Notes under the pieces: model-generated | What the model was told of the DNA's origin: nothing | What the model saw: the letters and a program-made list of their open reading frames with translations, nothing else | Database searches by the model: none | Position numbers and translations under genes: made by a program | Part shown: in pieces, positions 56,201-64,000 of the stretch | How the letters are laid out: each line of letters starts with the position of its first letter | Numbering within the stretch: the stretch's first letter is position 1 | Assembly (NCBI RefSeq): GCF_964355755.1 | Contig: NC_092674.1 | Coordinates: forward strand, 558,001-622,000 | Direction of reading: 5' to 3' | DNA: 64,000 nucleotides | DNA from: Antedon mediterranea | Lineage: Eukaryota; Animalia; Echinodermata

Positions 56201-59200
56201 GATCTAGACTGACCTTACCTGTGCATACTTAGATCTAGACTGACCTTACCTGTGCATACTTAGATCTAGACTGACCTTACCTGTGATACTTAGATCTAGA
56301 CTGACCTTACCTGTGCATACTTAGATCTAGACTGACCTTACCTGTGCATACTTAGATCTATACTGACCTTACCTGTGCATACTTAGATCTAGACTGACCT
56401 TACCTGTGCATACTTAGATCTAGACTGACATTACCTGTGCATACTTAGATCTAGACTGACCTTACCTGTGCATACTTAGATCTAGACCGACCTTACCTGT
56501 GCATACTTAGATCTAGACTGACCTTACCTGTGCATACTTAGATCTATACTGACCTTACCTGTGCATACTTAGATCTAGACTGACCTTACCTGTGCATACT
56601 TAGATCTAGACTGACCTTACCTGTGATACTTAGATCTAGACTGACCTTACCTGTGCATACTTAGATCTATACTGACCTTACCTGTGCATACTTAGATCTA
56701 GACTGACCTTACCTGTGCATACTTAGATCTAGACTGACCTTACCTGTGATACTTAGATCTAGACTGACCTTACCTGTGCATACTTAGATCTATACTGACC
56801 TTACCTGTGCATGCTTAGATCTATACTGACCTTACCTGTGCATACTTAGATCTATACTGACGTTACCTGTGCATACTTAGATCTAGACTGACCTTACCTG
56901 TGCATACTTAGATCTATACTGTCCTTACCTGTGCATACTTAGATCTATACTGACCTAACCTGTGCATACTTAGATCTAGACTGACCTTACATGTGCATAC
57001 TTAGATCTAGACTGACCTTACCTGTGCATACTTAGATCTAGACTGACCTTACCTGTGCATACTTAGATCTAGACTGACCTTACCTGTGCATACTTAGATC
57101 TAGACTGACCTTACCTGTGCATACTTAGATCTATACTGACCTAACCTGTGCATACTTAGATCTATACTGACCTTACCTGTGATACTTAGATCTAGACTGA
57201 CCTTACCTGTGCATACTTAGATCTAGACTGACCTTACCTGTGCATACTTAGATCTAGAATGACCTTACCTGTGCATACTTAGATCTAGACTGACCTTACC
57301 TGTGCATACTTACAGTAGATCTATACTGACCTTACCTGTGCATACTGTTTTTGTCATGACTTTTTTTTATTTTATTTAATAATTATATACAAATGTATTT
57401 TTTTCTTATGTTTATGGGTCTTGCGTGACAAGTATTCTCTTCTTGCAAGATCCTCTATTAATGGTATTTTTTGTATTTTCTCATTATAAATTATCATTCT
57501 TTTTTATTGTATTGTTATACCATTGATAGAAACTAATAAATGTTGAATTATTATTATTATACTTAGTTCTATACTGACCTTACATGTGCAAACTTAGATC
57601 TAGACTGACCTTACCTGTGCATACTTAGATCTAGACTGACCTTACCTGTGCATACTTAGATCTATACTGACCTTACCTGTGCAAACTTAGATCTAGACTG
57701 ACCTTACCTGTGCATACTTAGATCTATACTGATCTTACCTGTGATACTTAGATCTAGACTGACCTTACCTGTGCATACTTAGATCTATACTGACCTTACC
57801 TGTGCATACTTAGATCTAGACTGACCTTACCTGTGCATACTTAGATCTATACTGACCTTACCTGTGCAAACTTAGATCTAGACTGACCTTACCTGTGCAT
57901 ACTTAGATCTATACTGATCTTACCTGTGATACTTAGATCTAGACTGACCTTACCTGTGCATACTTAGATCTATACTGATCTTACCTGTGATACTTAGATC
58001 TAGACTGACCCTTACCTGTGCTTTGGCTAGGGACTGCATATTGCTGCGATTGGTTGGAAGAGAACGAGGACTGGCTGATGTTATCTCTAATCCATCTACT
58101 AACTGCTTGTACTGTAATAAAATAAGTTCAGTCAGTAAAGTTCAGAAGAAGGTTGCACATATGAAATCATCTGAAGTAAGCAAATGTAAAACCATTATAG
58201 TCAAGTCAAACGTACCTTTGGCAACTGGTCATCAATTTTAGATTGTACTTTATCAATATTTTCATGAATGGTAAACAGTTTTGTCATAGATTCCAGCGTG
58301 AGTCCTTCTTGCTCAGCCTTTTGGGCTTCCAATAACTGAAGATTCTCCAGCATTGGTTTACAAAAATTGCATATGCGTAAGTAACAGTGGATGTCTGGCT
58401 CCTTAGATGGGCACTGAAACACAAAAGCATATACAATACTACCAAAACGCCACACTTAAATGCTACAAAGATCTTTTAGCTTAGGTGCAGTCAGAGTTTA
58501 ACCAGGGGCCGTATTCACCAATGTTAACCACCAAAAAGTCTAAATTTGAGTATTTAAATCATTGTATAATTGATATGACTTACTCCAGTAACTTTGATTA
58601 TAGCCCAGCAGGGCTCATTTCCAAACCGATCTCGCTCATGTTGGTCAGCTACAAACAGAAGCAAGTCACGACTGGAACAGCTATGACAAGTCACAATGCC
58701 ACAAACCCGACAATTATGTTTCGGATTTGCAAGATTGAAAATCTTCTTACAAGTTTGTACAGTACATGTTTGCCGGGAATCCTTAATCTATAATGTTTTC
58801 ACTACAAATGTTTTTATCATGATAGAAGTTCAGAAAAACTATTATTTTTTAAATTGATTACAATAGAAACTTAGTTAATGAAAAGGAAAATAAATTACAA
58901 TAAAGGTGGGTGACTCCCACAAAAGATAATGTAAGATAAGATAAGACAATAATAATAATATAATATAATTTAATAACATTTTCTACAATGATATTGCCTG
59001 TGAGGATATATTTTGGGAATATATACAAATTCACAACATTTTCAGGTCAAAGGTAACTAATACAGTAAACCTTCCAAATACCAAACACCATGTGTGTGTA
59101 TGTCTGGATTTTTCAGAAATTCTGGTACAGTATTCTGAGTTTTGACTTCTTAGACTCTCAAGAAAACTTATTTTGTGAAAGTTTAAAGTTGTCAGAGAAC

Positions 59201-62200
59201 CAGTATTGGTAGAGTCAACTAACTATCATTTTCAGGTTGATATACAGATGCCCATACAGTATAAAAACAACATACCATCCAAGTTTTAGCCCTTTGCCAT
59301 GATGGTGTATCAGATTTACTGATCAGTCCCTGTACTTTGTCTTTTAAACTTTTGTCTTTTGCTAAACTTCCTTTGAAGCCACAAATTAATCTGTTAATTT
59401 CACGATTAATCTGGAAACTGTAAAATGTAAATATTTCTCAGTTGTTAAAAGTGATTTTCTTTTTGTTGTTACAGAACCTGATATTGATTGTAATGTATTC
59501 TATATAAAGTACATTACAAGACAGTACTTCTATGACACAATAAGGTGGAATAGAAGTCAACGATCCATGACAATTAGATTAAATATGAGTGGATGATAGA
59601 ATGTTTAGCCTTGAAATCTCTTTAAAAATTTCTTTTTTTCTATTTTAAGACCAGACATTTTTGACCAACATACCTTTTTCTAATGCCAACTTGGATTTCC
59701 TTAGAACTCAATTCTCTGCATTGACTTGCTTGTCGAAGATCCATAAAAAAAGATTTCCACAAACGAACTTGTCCAACCTCTTGAGGTTCAGAGCTGAAGC
59801 AAACTTCACATACCTACCAATAATTAATGAAAAGAAAATGACATGCAATCATTAGTGCTAGTTCTAAAAGTTTTCTTTAGCATCAGTAAATGAATTACTA
59901 TTAAGTAGAAAATAATACATTATATCTACTGTACAATGAGATCTTCAAAATGATCATATCGTCTGTTTTTAACCTGAGGATATTGAACAAAATTAAATTA
60001 AGCATACTCTCACAGAACCAATTTTAAGGAATACAATTTGCACTCTCAAAACTGTCTTACATTGAGGGCAGTCTTTCATATTTCAGCACAGAGCCATATA
60101 TAGAGAGAGTTTCGACATTGAATGGATTAGAAGCCGTGTTTGTGTCCAACTATGCCTATGTAGCGTATGGAGTTGAGTCTTTTGTTTTGAAAAAATGTAT
60201 AACATCAAAAGGCCTTAACTATCGAATTTAATATCAAACAATCACTTTATGATTGCGTTATTATCTTATCTTATAATCTTAAATTCGATATTTAAAGCCT
60301 TGTGAATGTTATACATTTTTTAAGCAAATGACTCGACTCCATACGCTACAAAGGCATAGTTGGGCACAAACATGGTCGGCGTGCACACCACGTGACTTTC
60401 TAAAATCCATGAACGCAATGCCGTAACTCTCTCTATATATGGCTCTGTTTCAGCATTATCTGTGTCATCATAACATGTAAATATTAAAATCCAAGTACTG
60501 TACAATACATACTTTACTGGAGAAAGTATAAGCACTTACTCCTTCTCACTTTTGTATGTACCAAACATGATATCTTTGATGCAATTACTCATTCCCTCTA
60601 TATTTATAGAGCGGCGAGTGGTTAGCACACTTGACTATCAAACAGAAATACACAGGTTCAAATCCTAAGAAGAAGGACTCCACGTTTATTAAGCTGTGAC
60701 TGAGTATCTGGTTTAAAATATTAAGTAAGATTGTGAACTAAACCTGGTACATGCGACCATTGGGATCATATTCAGCTAATGATGAAAGCTTTCTTTGGTA
60801 TCTTAGACAAGACTTGCAAAATACTTCACCACATCTTAAAGATAAAAAGTAAAGCCTTGTCTACACTATCATCGTGTCCATTATATGGACATGATGATGT
60901 CATATCAGAACCATATTTGGGAATATCACTACCATATTTGGGCACATCACACTTTTTTAAATCAAACTAGTTTGATAGTGTAGAAAGTGCTTAAAGCCCC
61001 ATTCCCTACGTTTTTTAGATCTAATTTAAGATCACAGACTATATTTAATGTAAAAATAATACTATATGGTCCTATTGCGATAACTTTTTTCGTCTTTAAA
61101 CGGTTAAAAATGTGAAAAATAAATCGATTTTAATAATTATAGCGGCCCGCTATAAATCCCAAAATGCATTGCGCGCGGATTGATATTTTTGTTTTTCACC
61201 TGTAATTCACCCACTTTTCGATCGATCGTGAAGCCAAAACAAATGGAAGACTCCTAACTTTTCCGCGAAAATACCGGGTTTTCCCCAATTTGTATCAACG
61301 GAGTCTGGCAAAAATAGAAAGACAATTAATGCAGCAACTATACAACGTCAGGCTAGGTATATAGCTAGCGTACGATGTTCGTACGTTACCGATGTTTACC
61401 AGCTAGGCCTACAAAACTAAGCCTAGCTAGGCTAGGCCTGAGACCGTCCACGAGAGGTCGATCGCCGCGAGCTACTTAGGTAGTGCATTGTTTCTCACTT
61501 TTTATCATAATTTACCATAAAACGTACATTTAAGACAAGGAATGACATGGTTTAATGTTTTTAAAGTGATATATATATAGACAAGAGTTTGAAACAAGAA
61601 AAAAACCTATCTTTAATGAGTTATTTAAAAATTGATTTTTAACCTGAAAAACAATCATAGGGTATCTCACCTTACTGTACATGATAAAGTATAAAAACAA
61701 GTAAAATAAGCAACATACTTCCTGCAATGATGTTTGCGGCGAGTGATATTAAAATTCTTCGCACAGGTACGGTTAACACATTTAGAGCGTTCAACTCCAC
61801 TTATCCAATGGAGTTTAGTTATTTCTGAAAACAAATATAAATATGACAAAAATATAGACCGTTTGAAATCAAAAAGATTGAATTTGAAAGACAGTGGAAT
61901 TGAATTTGAACTCCCTTTTCTTTGATTTAACTTGACCCATGTTCACATAATTTTCAATTCATTTAAATGGGTTTCATCAGCTGCAAGGGTTACCCCTTCT
62001 CTAAAATAAAGTTATTATTTATCATCAAATATTACTACTACTGTACTACTCTTAACACATAGTACCTGATGCCCAATCTTCTCCCTTGTCTCCTGTCTCA
62101 TGTTGCCGTAACAACGTGTCTACCTTTCCCTGTACATCATGCCACTGCGATGCTTCTGCTGCTACACTAGGTTTTTCATTTGTTGCCCAAGGATCAACAA

Positions 62201-62222
62201 AGCCACTTTGTATCATATTCAT
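47251..62222 (-). CDS. Tandem-FYVE zinc-finger protein, Pep7/Vac1/rabenosyn-like, about 603 aa
   Basis: 13 phase-consistent exons: 62066-62222, 61719-61824, 60744-60834, 59674-59813, 59276-59417, 58584-58787, 58216-58413, 58016-58111, 55767-55874, 55456-55572, 49095-49208, 48325-48423, 47251-47490; total 1812 nt. FYVE1: CVNRTC..RRKHHCRKCGEVFCKSC..VCEVC. FYVE2: CTVQTC..PKHNCRVCGIVTCHSC..LRICNFC. The C-terminal half looks helical or coiled-coil. Confidence 0.85.
47870..48240. repeat. Degenerate about 130-140-bp direct repeat, about 3 copies (probably transposon-internal)
   Basis: AATAATCCATTGCTTGTGATTGGT(C/G)AACTTACTTG...CATCCAATGGGA occurs three times. Confidence 0.75.
48686..48830. repeat. 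15-bp minisatellite, about 10 copies
   Basis: Unit ATCACAATGGTCATT. Confidence 0.92.
48890..49493. mobile_element. Two Harbinger-like MITE copies (48890-49030, 49332-49493) in opposite orientation flanking one exon
   Basis: Shared TIRs. The internal asymmetric part is inverted between the two copies. Exon 49095-49208 lies between them. Confidence 0.8.
49584..53655. repeat. 99-bp satellite, about 41 copies, inside an intron of the FYVE gene
   Basis: ATAGGCCTAT recurs at 49691, 49790, 49889 and so on. The unit contains the TAGGCCTA palindrome and an inverted TGTGAGCA/TGCTCACA pair. Confidence 0.97.
53917..54337. repeat. 38-bp minisatellite, about 11 copies
   Basis: Unit GTTAACTGAAAACAGGACAACATTTAGCTACACAATGT. 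Confidence 0.96.
54945..55420. repeat. Degenerate compound tandem repeat
   Basis: Recurrent CCTGTTATCCACAAATG, CATAAACATAC and TGTACATTAATGTAA modules. Confidence 0.8.
56027..58021 (-). repeat. 31-bp minisatellite (about 57 copies) of the exon-end/5' splice site, interrupted by a 212-bp insertion
   Basis: Minus-strand unit GTAAGGTCAGTCTAGATCTAAGTATGCACAG, continuous with the true donor GCACAG|GTAAGG at 58015. Confidence 0.96.
57347..57558 (+). mobile_element. Short retro-insertion (LINE-type 3' end) with 5-bp TSD
   Basis: ATACT at 57342-57346 and 57559-57563. The insert ends in AATAAA followed by an (ATT)n tail. Confidence 0.65.
60088..60448. mobile_element. Foldback-type MITE with long imperfect inverted repeats
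   Basis: ACAGAGCCATATATAGAGAGAGTT...AACTCTCTCTATATATGGCTCTGT termini. Inner arms (CCAACTATGCC, TAGCGTATGGAGT, AAAATGTATAACAT, ATCGAATTTAA) are mirrored over about 140 bp. Confidence 0.85.
60853..60991. mobile_element. Harbinger-like MITE copy
   Basis: AGCCTTGTCTACACTATC...GTTTGATAGTGTAGAAAGTGCT. Confidence 0.7.
60995..61551. mobile_element. Possible Kolobok-like non-autonomous element
   Basis: TTAA-AGCCCCATTCCCT...AGGAATGACATGGT-TTAA imperfect termini around a CpG-rich interior. Confidence 0.4.
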
Positions 62223-64000
62223 AGTCGATCTGGAGCTGTTAAAACAAAAGTTTGTTTGTCTGTTTTTATTGATTTACACCAGAATAAAATAATAAGTACG
62301 AAATAATTTGACTGGTTGGCAAATAAGAACTTAATTACAAGCTTACCCAATAATTAGAATTAAAAACAAACTATTAATTAAATGTTAGCAATGATGTATT
62401 GTATGCATTACATTTTGACATGTGGGGCGCGCCATACTGTACACAACTTTTCATACCACCGGGTCCGAAATGACCATTGCCGACCCAACATACATCTTTA
62501 CTGCGGATCTCCATCCATGGTCCATGATATACCTACCGTGGTTAGATAGTTAGTAGATAGGGCCTAGCATATAATTATTTTATAGAGATATTATCACTAG
62601 GCCTATACAGTATCTCTATTGGCCTAGCTAGGCCTACCTAGTAGTATTATTATTAATATTAAACCACCTCAGCATCTTCTAGTGAGTAGGCTTAGCCTAT
62701 TATATCTAGCTCAAATATGACACTGTAAACACTAGTAACAGCTACTATTACGTACTAACTAAGCCTAGGCCTAGGCCTAGGCTAGTACTAATATTAATAA
62801 TAATATATCCTGTAATTATATAAAGGCTAGCCTAGGCCTAGTAGACTAGGCTAGTAGTAGGTAGTCTTTGTTGTGTTGTCTTACCAAGTAGGCCTACTTT
62901 TATAATAATTTTGCCATCTTTCTAGTGTGAACATTTCTTTTCATTTACTCACTCTAGACCTGCCTACCTTTCGTTATTGCCGTTTTTATCTTCTGGAAAT
63001 TCCAGAATTTCTGGCAGAAGGCGGAAACAACTATAATTTCATTTTTTCAGGTTTTTTTGTAGTTAATATGATGCATGGGGGTGAGTGTTGACAAAGTGCG
63101 AGGCAGCGAGGCACGCGAGGCAAGCGCGGCATGCCAAATATTTGTGCGAGGCATCATTTTATCATTTCCAAAAGTGCGAGGCATGCGAGGCATATAGTTT
63201 ACAATTTCAAAAAGGTGCGAGGCATATCTTAACGTGCTATTATGCTATATTATAGGCCTAATAATCAATCGATACAAGCGTATCTAAATAGATTCGTGTA
63301 TACACTCATCATGTTGTTTATTTTTATGTAACGATTGTTTTTTTATTCAAGTCATATCGTGTCAAATTTTACTTTTACAAAAGTGCCCAAACTACGGTTC
63401 CAAAATCTGAACGACAGTCTTCAACTTTCGATAAACAATAATTGTTATAGCGACACACTCATCAAATGACTGCAATGTTTGTTGGCATTTCGAGCGTGTT
63501 CACTCACATGTCTCTCGAACATAGCAGAGTGAAAGTAATATTTTGTCACACCCCTGCGCCTAGATCGGGTAGACCCGAGAGATGGAAAATCCCTCTTTAC
63601 TATTTAGCAGGTAGCGGAATGATTCAGCCCTCAGCTAGCTCAGAGGATTGTGGGGCATTCCCCTCCTATAGCACGTGGTTTCAGCAGCAACGCACAGACT
63701 TCTCTCTGAGCGGCGTGCCAAAGACATTTTTGACATTCCATTCTCTAGGAACAACACGTGTACCTCTCTCGCAAATAAGGTGAACAGCGATTGCCAGGAC
63801 AAGTTCAATAACTGGCGGTGAATAAAAGGTAACTGATATGGCGATCCAATAACATGCCGCAAAGAAAAAAATTGCGACAGAATTCTGGAGCGCGTGTGAA
63901 AAAAGACTTACGTCCGACAATTGTAATACTAGGCCTAAAATTAAACTTTAGCTAATATGCTTAGCCCTAACCTAGATAAGAGGCCTATGTAGAAAATAAT

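Noticed and set aside
63466-63920. Overlapping 75-105 aa ORFs at the window end
   Set aside because: No recognisable domain or splice structure. Probably transposon-internal or promoter sequence.

Overview
AT-rich, intron-rich animal genomic DNA. My inference is an invertebrate deuterostome, probably an echinoderm, based on the gene content, the ST8Sia expansion and TAGGCCTA enrichment. All six genes lie on the minus strand and were reconstructed exon by exon from GT/AG sites and reading-frame phase. They are: the 5' part of INTS6 (357-7713, running off the window); a complete ABCC5/MRP5-type transporter (10161-27716, about 1450 aa, including an 18-nt microexon); three tandem ST8Sia-like GT29 sialyltransferases (one intact, one with a frameshifting stem exon, one with a 279-nt in-frame deletion); and a 13-exon, about 603-aa tandem-FYVE protein resembling fungal Pep7/Vac1 (47251-62222). 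Introns are inflated by about 12 homogeneous minisatellites and by many MITE, SINE and LINE fragments. The most striking signal is that several minisatellites were amplified from functional motifs. A 31-bp array repeats a GT...AG mini-intron (CAG|GTAAGG) about 57 times. An 80-bp array repeats a branch point, a 3' splice site and the Walker A codons 15 times. A 37-bp array repeats a decayed Penelope-type hammerhead ribozyme 22 times. A 25-bp array repeats a MITE TIR about 31 times. All calls come from manual reading of the sequence; no searches were run.
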